Shown here: in pieces, positions 41,757 to 54,955 of the stretch
Layout: each line of letters opens with the position of its first letter
Numbering within the stretch: the first letter of the stretch is position 1
Assembly (NCBI GenBank): GCA_964016885.1
Contig: OZ024742.1
Span: 90,954,001-91,018,000, forward strand
Length of the DNA stretch: 64,000 bases
Reading direction: 5' to 3'
DNA from: Eledone cirrhosa
Taxonomy: Eukaryota
The notes under the pieces: generated by a model
Seen by the model: the letters and a program-made list of their open reading frames with translations, nothing else
Database searches by the model: none
Told to the model about the DNA's origin: nothing
Made by a program: the position numbers and the translations under genes

Positions 41757-43107
41757 TATATATATATACATATATACGAACATCTACTAAATACCTGTAT
41801 TGGTGGACTCGATGTTATAGGGGAAGGCAGACGCATACATTGTTGTGCAGTAGATTAGAGGATTAGAAACCGGAAGCACATGATTGCCAGGCGAATCTCT
41901 AAAGCATGGAGCCAATCTTGTGCTCATCTGAGAGATTCGAAACCAAAACACAGCCTATATTCACAACAATCTCACTGAGACATGATTTATGCTGCTTTCT
42001 GGAGAAGAAAAAACAAACAATGTTTATTTTACTCGTCGAGTTTTCCATGGTTTAGGTAAGGGAGGAAAAATAGCATTCAGTTTAGTTTCTTTGGAGTGAT
42101 GTTTTGGATGTGGTGGCGTTAACGTGGCCTTGAGGAAATAATCTATCAATTGAAAGCTATTGATTATAACCTTGAGAATTTGATGAGGTCATTGTATATG
42201 CGTGTGTGTGTGGAAAGGAGGGGAGTTTCTATTAAAAGTTTTATTGATTTGTTAGAGTTAGTGATTTGTTTGTTTTTGTTGTTTGGCCTTCTATTGGGCT
42301 TTTATTAATGTTATATGTTTCTTTACTCTTGTTGATGCTACTAAGGTTCTTGTTTACATCACTGGTGGTGATGTTGATAACAATGAGATGAAAATGAACA
42401 TGTTTAAGTTGCTGACGAGGATATATTGATGATGATGAGGAGGAGGGGAAGGGGGGAGGGGAGGAAGGAGAAGAGGGCGTAATACTGAGAACTGTGATAA
42501 CCATGTTGACTATATTATTATTATTATTATTGCGATGATGATAATAATGATGATGAAAATGTTAATATTGTTGATGTTTCTCTTTCAAAAAGAGAGAAAA
42601 ATATATTTCTATCCACCGGCTTTGCACATTGCTGAATATAACCGCAGAAGAGAAACTATGTGAAGCTATTATGCAGCTCTTAATACAGAGAGTGTAGCTA
42701 TTGTACAGCGCTTGATGATCAACATATGATTTGTAAATAATTATTGCGGTCCACTAGATTTCTCCAGATAAACTAGAAATAAACCATAAAATAGAAGAAA
42801 AGCAATTGAATAAGCATAACTAACAAACTAAATATAAATAATATAGAAATGTTTGCTGCGGGGGAAAAGGAGTTCGTCTCCTTGCTGCTTCTTTTGCTTT
42901 TCTCACGATTTATGTTTGCAGTGTCATTGTTGTTGTTCTTCTTCATGCTCATGATGACGATGAGGAATGAGGAAGAGAAGGTAAAGGGGGAATATTTGTG
43001 AGGTTGGAGTAGGAGAAGGCGGAAAATATATAAACCAATAATAATAAATTTGCACACACAAGCACATGTGCGTTTACATTCAGCACACACACACACACAC
43101 ACACACA

Positions 43108-43148
<41 letters not shown>

Positions 43149-43569
43149 CACACACACATACATATATATATAAATATATGTGTGTTTGTTTGTCTGCGTC
43201 TGTGTGTGGATATACATTACACATACACACACAAATATATCTATACATCTGTGTGTGCATATATATTATATATATTTATAATTTAAACGACATTTATTCA
43301 GTAAAAATTGAACCTGATATGAAAATATTTTTCTTGACTAAAAAGAGCTCAACACATTGAAGTAAAACCATTGTTAATAAAAAAAAGATTTATTTAGTTT
43401 GCTTTGAAGCCTTTAAAATACACAGTATAAATAGGGGTTTTAGAAGAAAATATATAGATACTGACATTAATTATGTATTAAAATAAACTAAATCATCCAT
43501 ATCTATTTAAACATACTGCAAAACGTATGCAAGGCAAGTGTATAATATACATATATGGATTAACAGTAT

Positions 43570-44143
43570 CGGTGGAGCATCGGACAACACACTTTGTGGC
43601 GTAGACTTTATAATTCTTTACGGTCTGGGTTCAATTTCCGCTGAGGTTAGCTTTGCTTTTCACTCTTACTGAATCGATAAAATAAAGTACCAGTATCAAA
43701 TTCTGGTCGATTTAATCGACCTTCTTCTCCCCACAAAATTGTTGACCTTGTCACAAACAATTATTATTATAATTAATGTTACAGCGGTGGATTGGCAGTA
43801 TTGGTAGAGAGTCAGCCTCCATGCTTTGCAGCATTTATGGTCTGAGTTCAAATCCCGCCGAGGTTAACTTTGCCTTTCATCCTTACGGGGTCGATAAAAT
43901 AAATTACCAGTAATTCACTGGGATAATTGCTGGCCTTGTGAAACAATTATTATTAATGTTACGACAGATTCATCAGAGTTTCTACTGCATCAGTAGTTGT
44001 AGCTCCATGTTCCGTGGGTTTTGTGCAGCATTGTCTTTATATATTATTATTTGCCTTTCATCCTTATGGGGTCGATGAAATCAAGCACTAGTAATGTATT
44101 GGGATAATTGCTGGCCTTGTGCGAAAAAGCAGAAATAATTATT
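43570..44143 (+). mobile_element. Cluster of three SINE family E copies
   Basis: Repeated TTTGCCTTTCATCCTTA..GGGTCGAT..AAAT core with B-box-like GAGTTCAAATCCC. Confidence 0.7.
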
Positions 44144-44273
44144 TGTGTATGAATGTGGTAAGCGTAGACGCTGCATACGGTTTTATTTTATAGTAGTAGT
44201 AGTAGTAGTGGTGGTGGCGGTAGTGGTAGTTGTAGTAGTGGTGGTGGTGGTAGTTGTAGTAGTGGTGGTGGTG

Positions 44274-44309
<36 letters not shown>

Positions 44310-45025
44310 ATAGTTCGAGGAGGAGGAGGAGGAGGAGGTGGTGGTATTACTGAGTCAGACATTCAGAAAAAAATGTGAAAAGATAATTAAATAGGAAGGG
44401 AATGTAAAATGTGCAAAGAAATATTTAAAAAAGGAAATTTAGACAAGACCCAAAACAAACAAAAACAAACAAACAAATAAAAAAAAACGAAAAAAAAAAT
44501 ATCTTTAGCAACACAAATATGACAAGAAAGAACAACTACAATGTCACCAGAAAAATTAAGAACATAACTAAAACACACGGGAGGATAAGAATATGAGAGG
44601 TAAAAGTGAGTTCTGAAAATGTCACCAATTGCAATGATAAGAGGGTCGTCTGTCATTGGTTTCTCCTTTAAAAGAAAATGTTTTTCTCACTCAATTATTA
44701 GTTTCCTTCGCGTTATATTGTTTCCGTTTCTCAGTGAAATCTCTTCACTGAACATTCCCTGCAGGACTACGTCGCTTAAGATGTGAGAGTGTACGTGTCA
44801 GCATGCTTGTATGTGTGTGTTTGTGTGTGTAAGTGTATGAGTGTGTGTATCTGTGTGTGTGTCTGTGTGTGTGTTTGTGTGTCTGAGTATATGAGTGTGT
44901 GTATCTGTGTGTGTGTGTGTGTGTGCGTGCACGCGCGCGCATTTACGTGTATTATTGTATCTGTTCGCGTAAGTTTTTGTGCGTTTCTTAGTGGGTACGG
45001 GGACTTACATAGGGTTATGAGGATA

Positions 45026-45062
<37 letters not shown>

Positions 45063-45092
45063 TATATATACACAGAAATATATACATATATA

Positions 45093-45171
45093 CATAGGGT
45101 GTCCCAAAATATGTTTACACACTTCAATAGTATTCTAATCAATGTGTGTATACATTATTTTGGACTCTCTG
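45093..45171. mobile_element. Miniature Tc1/mariner-like MITE
   Basis: CATAGGGTGTCCCAAAATATGTTTACACAC ... GTGTGTATACATTATTTTGGACTCTCTG, with TA flanks. Confidence 0.5.
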
Positions 45172-45234
45172 TATATGTGTGTATCCCACAGACACATTTA
45201 CCATTAGTGTAATTCTGAAGTGGGATTTGCGTGC

Positions 45235-45655
45235 TACATTATTATATATATATGATGCCTGCAAACTCTGCTAAGAGTATTGCAATTGCTTGTCAGATTA
45301 CTGAAAATGGTGCACTTTTAAATTACGGCCAGCCTCACGAATCTGTAATCGATCCTGAACAAGCAATACCTGTGCTTTGGAGGTTTTTTAAGTGGGAAAT
45401 TGCACTTGACCAATCCCACTCTCTGAGCATTGAAAACACTACCCGAAAAGGAGAACTGGTCAACATCATCGGATGCTTCCGAAGACGCAGGTTTTATCCA
45501 GAGTTTCCCCTCTCCTAGAAGGCCTTTCACTCCCAGGTGAAAAAAAAGAGTACTATTTGGATGGCCGTTGACTCTGCTGAGTTTCTCCGCCCTTTGCCGG
45601 ATCTTGTATTTCATCCCGCAGGGTGTCCAAATATCGCCAAAGAGCAACCATGACA
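45235..45655 (-). mobile_element. Diverged family D relative
   Basis: CAACATCATCGGAT...TATCCAGAGTTTCCCCTCTCCTAGAA...TTGGATGGCCGTTGACTC parallels 51549-51670. Confidence 0.6.
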
Positions 45656-45674
45656 TAAATAAATAAATAAATAA

Positions 45675-45751
<77 letters not shown>

Positions 45752-46392
45752 TAGTATATTTGGCAATATACCGTATGTTTAATTTTAAACATTTTGAAGA
45801 CCAAATGCTATCGGTTTTAAAGTAGTGACTATGTCACTTACTTCTTTTCGGCGAAAGAAGGGAGAGAAGCTAACAGTCTGTTTCACGCTGTTTGGCGATC
45901 ATCCGAGCCACGCACTCCCTGCTTCCGCCGAAAATTATAGAAGCTGGATTCTTATAGAATTCCAGTAATAATCAGGAGCTAATTATACAGAGCGATTGCC
46001 GGTCCAGCAAAAATTAGGTATTAGGATTGGTGCACCGAAATAGCAATATATACATGTATAGTATATTTCGCAATATACCGTGAATTTTTGCTGGACCGGC
46101 AATTGCTCTATATAATCAGCTTCTGATTATTACTGGAATTCTATAAGAATCCAGCTTCTATAATTTTCGGCGGGAGCAGGGAGTGCGTGGCTCTGTTGAT
46201 CGCCAAACAGCGTGAAACAGACTGTTAACGTCTCTCCCTTCTTTCGCCGAAAAGAAGTAAGTGACATAGTCACTACTTTAAAACCGATAGCGTTTGGTCT
46301 TCAAAATGTTTTTAATCAAACATACAGTATATTGCCAAATATACATACATACATTCATGTATACATCGCTATTTCAGAGCACCAATCCTAAT
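45752..46392 (+). mobile_element. Fold-back element family B (about 265-bp arms, one HHR motif per arm)
   Basis: 45752-46016 is the reverse complement of 46083-46345; spacer 46019-46081 is an inverted copy of the terminal tail; HHR motifs at 45869-45908 (-) and 46190-46229 (+). Confidence 0.85.
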
Positions 46393-46420
46393 ATATATAT
46401 AATATATATACACATATATA

Positions 46421-46456
<36 letters not shown>

Positions 46457-46661
46457 TGTATGTATGTATGTATGTATGGATGGATGTATATTTATGTGTG
46501 TGCGTGTGTGTGTATATATATATGTATATTATTATTGTTGTTGTTGTCATTATTATTAATGTTATTATTATTAATATTATTGTTATTATTATGTTGTTTT
46601 TTCTCGTGCAATGGCCATACTCGATAACGAGGGAGAAGCCATCATCATGTATGTATGTATG

Positions 46662-49600
46662 TTCTTCTGGTTTTATAATTTCACAAAGTTTTACCAATAG
46701 ATAAAGAGTCGGTTTCTAACATAGACACAAGACTCTCTCATTGGAATTTACAAAACATCAACTAGGTAGATATGTATGCATAACTGTATGTATGCACGTG
46801 TAGATATGGATGTTATTGTATGTGTGGATGTGGATGTTTTGAGTTGTATGTGTGCATGTGTATATGCTTTGCATCTGTACATGTGTATATGCATTTATTA
46901 GATGCAACATTTTTGGAATGTGCCATTAATGTTCCATTAATGGATTGTACTTGTAAGTTCCTAACTAGTTGTGTTCCTTCTGTTCCTGTGAAGCCTACCT
47001 TCTCAAGATTTGTATTGAGGCAGTTACTAGCATACCCCACTGCCCTAATAATCACAGGCACAAATCTGAATGTGTAATCAGGGTGGAGTATCTGCAGATT
47101 TCTCATCAGTTCTGCATAAATATTCTCCTTTTCACTAATCTTTGATATTATATTGGCATCTGCTGGGCAGATAATTTCAACTACTGTGCATGCTTTCTTC
47201 TCCCTGTCCCATATCATAATATCAGGTCTGTTATGCCTGCATTTTATTGGGGTTTTTGCTGGAACATTCCACCAGTACTCTTTCATATTATGTACATGGA
47301 TGTCTTCCACATTGCTGTAGCTTTTAATGTTTTTATTATCGGGGCTATCTTTTTTACGAACTGCATTGTACAGTGTGTTGGCCACTACATAATGCCTCAA
47401 AGGTAGATAGTACCGCGATGACATCTTTGGACAGCTGCTGATGACATGGGTGATATCCTCGATGTTAGTTCTGCAGTCTGCACTTGTTATTACATCTAGG
47501 TGTATTGCGTGCATCTCCTGTTCTTGGATTACAAAAGCGTATCCTTCAAAGTGGGAGCCAATATAGCGGTTGTTGGTCCAAGATAGACTACTTTCCTTAT
47601 CTATATTACTCTCACTCTGGAGCTTCCTGGCAACATATCCAGACATGATTTTTTGCTGATAAGCATACAGTTTTTCATCCATGGATTCACTGCGATACTG
47701 CTGAGCGACTTCCGTCGGTGTGAGTTTTTGATTATCACACAGGGAATATCTCTCGAGGAGTTCCTTCCCAACTCTCATGATCTTATCTGTTTCATGCAGA
47801 TAGACTTGCTCGAGAAACGGGCTCCTACGCTCCGAGGTTTGTAGATGTTGTCGGAGAGATATGATTCAAATGTTGTCGCAGCTGGCAACAATGTGGCTTA
47901 CATCCTCGATCTTTGTTTTACATAGCCTACATTTATTGTCAGCTGCTGGCCCTCCTCTTTTGTGCAGCAGATATTTGGTAGGGAGTTCTTGTTCCTGTAT
48001 TGCATAGAGATATCCCTCAAGGTGTGATGTCATAAACTTGTCGGAACTCCATGCCAGGCTTTTTGAGTGGTTTATCCCCTCTATGGTCTGTGTTTTACGC
48101 CTCAAGTATCCATGCACAACTTTTTCTGAAAATTGGTCAATTTTTTTATTTTGTTTGAACATTGAATAGGATCTTCCGATTTCTCTGGGTGAGAGATTTA
48201 TATAAGGCTTTATTCCATATCTCTCCTCCAGATCAGTCGCTATTCTAATGATATTTTTTTTTTCATGCTCATAAACCTGGGCAAGATGGTTGCCAACCTT
48301 TTTCCTCTGTTGAAGGTGTTGCTTCAGTGTTACTATCCGGGTCTCATATGTTGTTAATATTGATTTTAGACCCCGGCCACCTTCCTTGCGAGAGAAGTAT
48401 AGCCTATCCACATCACCATTGATGTTAAAGTTCCCAGTAACACTGAGAAGTTTGCGAGTTCTAACATCCATCTCACTTAGTTCTTGCAATGACCAGTTCA
48501 GCAGCCCGAATGTTGGCGTTAGAATTGGCACAGCATAAGTATTGTGGGCAATGTATTTGTTGTACGCTGACAGTTCTGATGACCATATTTTCTTTACTCT
48601 TCTGAGGTATTCAGTTCTGGTTCTCTCCTTATTTATAGGTCCATCATATCTGACATTCTCATCCTGTCCAAGATATCTGTAGTTGTCACCTGACTGTAGA
48701 GGTTGTATTGTCAGGCCGTTCATCTCTAAATTTCTAGAGGAGGGCACATCTCTTCCACGTTTTACTGCCAAATTTTCACACTTGGACTCACCAAATTTCA
48801 TTTTGATGTCGGTTGAAAATTGTATAATTAGGTCCAATTGTTTCTTGATGTCATTGATATTTGGCCCATACAACTTCAGGTCATCAACAAAGAAAAGATG
48901 GGAGATACTTCTGGACCCACTTCTTTGTCCACCTTGTTTCCTGAGTAGGTAAGATAGTGGATTCAGTGAGAGAACGAAGAGTAGCACTGACAAGCTATCA
49001 CCCTGAAAGATGCCCTTCTGGTAATGTATCTTATCAGTCTTAACTTGCTCCTTCTCACCTCTAAGGATCAAATTGGTGTACCAGTTCTTGGTCAGGCGGT
49101 CAACAGCAGCTACCAATATTTGTGGGACTTTGGCTAACTGTAAAGCCTTAATAATCCAACCATGAGGTACACTATCAAATGCTTTTTGATAGTCCAGCCA
49201 CACCATAGTCATGTTTCTGCGATTCTTTGTTGTTTTTTCCTGAATCATTTGTTTAGTTAGTAGGTGATCTATGCAACCCCACACTTCCCTCTTTCCACCA
49301 GCTTGCTCAGGTGTTATGATGTTGTTGGTAGCACAGTGATCCTGTAAGAACAGGTTAAGGCACCAGTATATAATTTATACATGATGTTTTGGCAGGCTAT
49401 TGGGCGGTAATTTTTAGCAAGGGTGGTTTGGCTATTTTGGGGAATGAGGAGAGTAGTGGCAGTTGATAACCATATGGCAGTTCTTGTGTGCCTTTAATGG
49501 TTTCTGTAAACAGCCGTATGAGATCTTGCCGATAGAAAGTGAAATTCTTCAACCAGTATCCTGTAATGAGGTCTAGGCCTGGCGATTTCCTATTCGACAT

Positions 49601-50082
49601 TTTCTGTAGAGCTGTTTCCAGTATTGACCTATCTATGTCATATTGTTTTGTCTGGACATGTTGGCAGTAGTCCTGTTCCAGTTCTTTTAGCCAATTAGTT
49701 TGTCTGTTGAATCCGTCATCCGTTTCCCATACAGATCTCCAGTAGTTTTCAACCTGTTCTTTTGAAGGGGTGTCATTTACAGGGATTGAGCTTTTGCCAC
49801 CGAAGCTGCGATAAACTGATTTAGGATCTCTGACAATCAATCTATTTAGCACTTGTCGTTTATGTACTGTTGACTTATATTTTAGTCTTTCTGTTGTAGC
49901 TGTGAGTTATTGTTTCAACTGGTGTAATTTGGAGTTCAAAGTTTTAAATTTTGTATCTCCAAATCGTCTCTCTAACTTTTTTTTTAGGTCTTCCTGGTGT
50001 CGTGTGAAGTTGCTCTCTATGTTGCATTTCATAACGACTGCGATGTGTGAGATACTTTGTCTCAGGGACAAAATTTTGCTTT
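46662..50082 (-). mobile_element. Composite of two R4/Dong-like RLE LINE subfamilies
   Basis: 47866-49852: KSPGLD, WLDYQKAFDSVPH, GIFQGDSLS, FFVDDLKLY, GGRGL, CRLC...HIVASC. 46813-47778: RH..., RPDIMIWD, VVEIICP. (TATG)n on both sides. Confidence 0.9.
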
Positions 50083-50149
50083 TTATGTATGTATGTATGT
50101 ATGTATGTATGTATGTATGTATGTATGTATGTATGTATGTATACATACA

Positions 50150-50225
50150 TGATGGCTGCCCCCTAGTTATCGAGTATGGCCATTGCACGAGAAAAAAAAA
50201 AAATAAATTAAATTAAATTAAAAAA

Positions 50226-50262
<37 letters not shown>

Positions 50263-51220
50263 CATACATACATACATACATATATATATATACATACATA
50301 CATATATATATACATACATATATACATACACACATATATTAATAACAATAATAATAATAATAATAACAACAATAATAATAACGACAACAACAACAATAAT
50401 AATATACATATACATATATACACACACACGCACACACATAAACATATCTATACACACACACGCGCACGATAGCAACTAACAACGCTGCGATCGAATGTCA
50501 CTTTTTGGCCCAGCCAATGATCTAAAATGTCTTGCACAGAGTCGGCAACCAAAACATTCACTGGGAATAGCCGGCTGTTGTTGGAGTTCATGTACTTTTG
50601 AATGTCGCTTGAGCCCTCCTGCTGATTTACATTCTCTACCACATGCTTGGCAAGCATGCTGAGTAGCATCTCCAACAGCAGCCTGGTAGTCAACCACTGG
50701 TCTTACTTTATGACTGCGAAGATGATTTTTTAGTCCAGATTTGCTTAGGCAGAGTCTCGCAGAGACGCTGCATGTCAGCACCATAGGAGGTCCCTCGCCG
50801 TCTGGAAGTGCAACAGCAATGCCCTTCCTCACACCTCGCTTTACTTTCTCGTATGCGATTCGAGATGCCTCAAAGGCAAATTTTCCCTCATATACAGTCT
50901 TTCCCCATTTATTACGATCAGCAGCAATATTTCCTATGTATCAGCAGAGATGTTAGCGTCTTTCAAAGAGGCTTTCAAGGAATCCTTATGCCTCTTTTTT
51001 GGTTTATGTGGCGGTCGTTTTCCTTTAACTAACTCTCCATAAAAGAGTTGTTTTGGCATTCTAGAATCCTTCACCCTGGCAAGGTGACCACTCCTACGGA
51101 GTCGTTGCTTAAGCACAAGAGCTTCTATACTGTCACACATAGAGCTTTCCAAAATCTCGACATCACTGATGTGATCCCTCCAGTGAACGCCATGGATCCG
51201 TCTGAGACACATCTGATGAC
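50150..51220 (-). mobile_element. RTE (BovB-like) LINE 3' end with C2H2 zinc-finger tail and microsatellite-rich 3' UTR
   Basis: HQMCLRRI.GVHW.DHISD.EIL...GHLARV.DSRMPKQLFYGEL..GKR; CQACGRECKSAGGLKRHSKVH plus two decayed fingers. A short homologous 3' end lies at 38330-38632. Confidence 0.8.
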
Positions 51221-51236
51221 ACATACATACATACAT

Positions 51237-51840
51237 GGTGGCTGCCAACTCGTTTTCGAGTATGGCCACTACTTTATATCCATGTAGGAGAACCGCTACC
51301 GATGCGCTGAACGAGTGTGACTTTTTTGTCCAGCCAGCGACTTGAAAACTCTGGTACAAACACTACACTTGTGACAATTATTGACACATAGTGCTGGACC
51401 CATGGTACCATGTAACGACAAGTGCAGAGAGATCTCCAGATATAAAGCAATGCCTGTGCCGTGAAGCTTTTATAGTAAGCAAAGGCACTGCACAAAGCCA
51501 GTCCCACTCTCTTAACCAAGATGAGATTTACCAAAAAGAATAACAAGTCAACATCATTGGATACCATCAGGGTTGCAGGTGTTATATCAGAGTTTTCCTT
51601 CTCCTAGAATTCTGCCTTGACAAAGGCTAAAGGGTCATCTCTCCCGGTGATTTTGGATGGCCATTGACTCTTAAAAGCTCCTTTGCCCTTTGACAGGTTT
51701 TGTTTTTAGTCCTGCAGGATGTCCAAAGTCACCCTCCTCACCAAGAAACCTTGGTGGGGTTGCCAGTTTAGTCGCCAACGACCCGACCATGAGACAGGTT
51801 GTACTGGGATACATGATACCAGTAGCACCAACTGGTGACC
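51237..51840 (-). mobile_element. Family D retroposon, near full length
   Basis: Near-identical reverse complement of 41176-41756; (CATA)n on both sides. Confidence 0.85.
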
Positions 51841-52053
51841 CGACATATATACATAGATACATACATACATACATATCTGAGACACATATACATACATACA
51901 CACATACATACATACATACATGCATACATACATACATACATACATACATACATACATACATACATACATACATACATAAATACATACATACATACATACA
52001 TACATACATACATACATACATACATACATACATACATACATACATACATACAT

Positions 52054-53377
52054 AGACCGCCTTTACTTGAAACGTAAGCAGAGAGGCAGAGGCCTAACAT
52101 CAGTCCAGACAACATTTGAATGTCGCATCATATCTCTCCGACAACATCTACGAACCTCGAAGCGTAGGAGCCCGCTTCTCGAGCAAATCTATATGCATGA
52201 AACAGATAAGATCATGAAAGTTGGGAAGGAACTCCTTAAGAGATATTCCCTGTGTGATAATCAAAAACTCACACCCAGGGATGTCGCTCAGCAGTATCGC
52301 AGTGAATCCATGGATGAAAAACTGCATGCCTATCAGCAAAGAATCATGCATGGATATGTTGCCAGGAAGCTCCAGAATGAGAGTAATACAGATAAGGAAA
52401 GTAGTCTATATTGGACCAACAACCGCTATATTGGCTCCCACTTTGAAGGATACGCTTTTGCAATCCAAGAACAGGAGATTAGCACGAAATACCTGATTCA
52501 CAAAAGAGATAGGGATGCAGGCAAAACACCTAGATGTGATAACAAGTGCAGACTCTGCAGAACTAACATCGAGGATATCACCCATGTCATCATCAGCTGC
52601 ACAAAGATGTCATCGCGGTACTATCTACCTATGAGGCATGATGTAGTGGCCAAAACACTGTACAATGCATTTCGTAAAAAAGATAGCCCCGATAACAAAC
52701 ACATTAAAAGCTACAACAATGTGGAAGACATCCATGTACATAATATGAAAGAGTACTGGTGGAATGTTCCAGTAAAAACCCCAATAAAATGCAGGCATAA
52801 CAGACCAGATATCATGATATGGGACAGGGAGAAGAAAACATGCACAGTAGTGGAAATTAGCTGCCCAGCAGATGCCAACATAATATCAAAGATTAGTGAA
52901 AAGGAGAATATTTATGCAGAACTGATGAGAAATCTGCAAATACTCCACCCTGATTACACATTCAGATTTATGCCTGTGATTATTGGGGCACTGGGGTATG
53001 TTAGTAACTGCCTCAATATAAATCTTGAGAAGCTAGGCTTCACCAAAAACAGAAAGAACACAACTAGTTAGGAAATTTCAAGTACAATCCATTAATGGAA
53101 CAGTAAAAATATGTAAAACATTCCAAAAATGTTGCATCTAATAACTGCATATACACATGTACAGATACAAAGCATATACACATGCACACATACAACTCAA
53201 AACATACACATCCACACATACAATAACATCCATATCTACGCATGCATGCATGCAGACATACATACATATCTACCTAGTTGATGTTGTGTAAATTCCAATG
53301 AGAGAGTCTTGTGTCTATGTTAGAAACCGACTCTCTCTCTATTGGTAAAACTTTGTGAAATTATAAAACCAGAAGAA
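52054..53377 (+). mobile_element. 5'-truncated R4/Dong-like LINE (CCHC knuckle + restriction-like endonuclease)
   Basis: CRLCRTNIEDITHVIISC, RHDVVAKTLY, RPDIMIWDREKK..VVEISCP, EKENIYAEL; (CATA)n directly at both ends. Confidence 0.9.
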
Positions 53378-53817
53378 CATACATACATACATACATATAT
53401 GCATAACATGCATACATACACATCTGAGACACATATATACATACATTCATACATACATACATATATGCATAATTAAATGTATATACACATACACACTCAT
53501 CTATACATATATGTACAGTTATGTCAGGTCACTCTTGAGTGCTACTGGTAACATGTAACCAAGTACAACCTGTCACATGGTCGGGTCGTCGGTGACTAAA
53601 CCGGCAACCCCACCAAGTTTACTTTGTGAGGAGGGTGATTCTGGAAACCCTGTAGGACAAAAAACGAAACCGGACAAAGGGAGAAAGAACTCATAAGAGT
53701 CAACGGCCATCCAAATATGTATAAATATATATATACTGTATGGGTGTAGGTATGTGTAGGATTGATTGCGCGTTTGTCTGTGTACGTATATATAATTTTA
53801 TATATATATATATATAT

Positions 53818-54020
53818 ACGTGGAAAAATAAGAAATATGAGAAAAGACCGTTACAACATGTTTATTTGGTGCTGTTTTAAATAAACATGTTGTAACGGTC
53901 TGTTCTCATATTTCTTATTTTTCCACGTGCTTATGCTCTGCTAATTCTCTCGCCCACTAGATATTAACACTTCTAATATTTAACACTGCCGGCACTAGCA
54001 TTGAGCACCCTCTGCATACG
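53818..54020 (+). mobile_element. Short fold-back element with tail, next to (TA)n
   Basis: ACGTGGAAAAATAAGAAATATGAGAAAAGACCGTTACAACATGTTTATTT (53818-53867) is inverted at 53879-53928; tail end is approximate. Confidence 0.65.
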
Positions 54021-54091
54021 CTATTTGGCAAATAACTACATGTATCACCTATCCCTCCTTTTCTCTCTCTCTCTCTCTCGATACATAAATA

Positions 54092-54151
<60 letters not shown>

Positions 54152-54157
<6 letters not shown>

Positions 54158-54907
54158 GTGCAAATTCAGACGGGAACAAAACAGAGAGGCAGGCAAATAA
54201 AGGTTTATTAGGTTCACGCTCTTGAGAGGGGGGGGGGGGGCGTTTCAGGCATAAGCCATTCTTCAGGTTAAATAGGTTAGGAAGAGAGTTCCGAGGGTGT
54301 GTGGAAATACATTTAGAAAAAAGGGGGAAGGAAAACAAATAAAAATAAAAATAAAAATAAAAATAAAGATAAAAATAAAAATAAAAATAAACGTAAAAAT
54401 AAACACAGGAATTAACAATAAGATGAGCAAGTGGTGGAAGGGTGTGAGGCGTGTAAGGGTGGTGGCGAGTGGAGTTGGGTGAAGGAGGCGGGGATTCGAA
54501 GCGGGGAAGGCTGAAGGCTGAAGGAGGTGTTTGTGTATGTGTGTAGGTGTACGTGAGTGTGTGTGTGTGTATGTGAGAAGAAGGACGAGGTTCCATGTTC
54601 TGGATTCCGGAGGTTGAGTGTGTACGCACGTGTGTGTTTGTGTTTATATGTGGTGTGGATGTGGGTGGCGTGGTGCGAAAAAAATGTGAGTGTATGTCCG
54701 TAGGTAAGTTCCTGAGGTAGTTCCATCGAGTGTGAGAAAAGTGGTCGGATATTTGCCATGGTATGGAGTGGATGGCTGGAGAAGTGTCCGGTGGAGTGGA
54801 ATCCAATGTTGGTGGTCGTCGGAAGTGGAGGGAAGTGGGGTGCGCGCGCAACAGGAAGTTTTCAGAGTGTCAAGGCATGGTGAAGAGATAGAAGTAGAGG
54901 AAGAGGA

Positions 54908-54910
<3 letters not shown>
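54152..54910 (-). mobile_element. TA-flanked insert, probable PLE 3' end with a disrupted HHR
   Basis: CTGAAGA-AT-GGC(ttat)GCC-T-GAAA-CG at 54241-54266 (-), followed by a C-run; weak GIY-YIG-like HFSSHPLH peptide. Confidence 0.4.

Positions 54911-54955
<45 letters not shown>

Noticed and set aside
42922-42980. Plus-strand exon candidate (tttgcag ... AAG|gtaaag)
   Set aside because: Low-complexity trinucleotide-like sequence with no partner exons.
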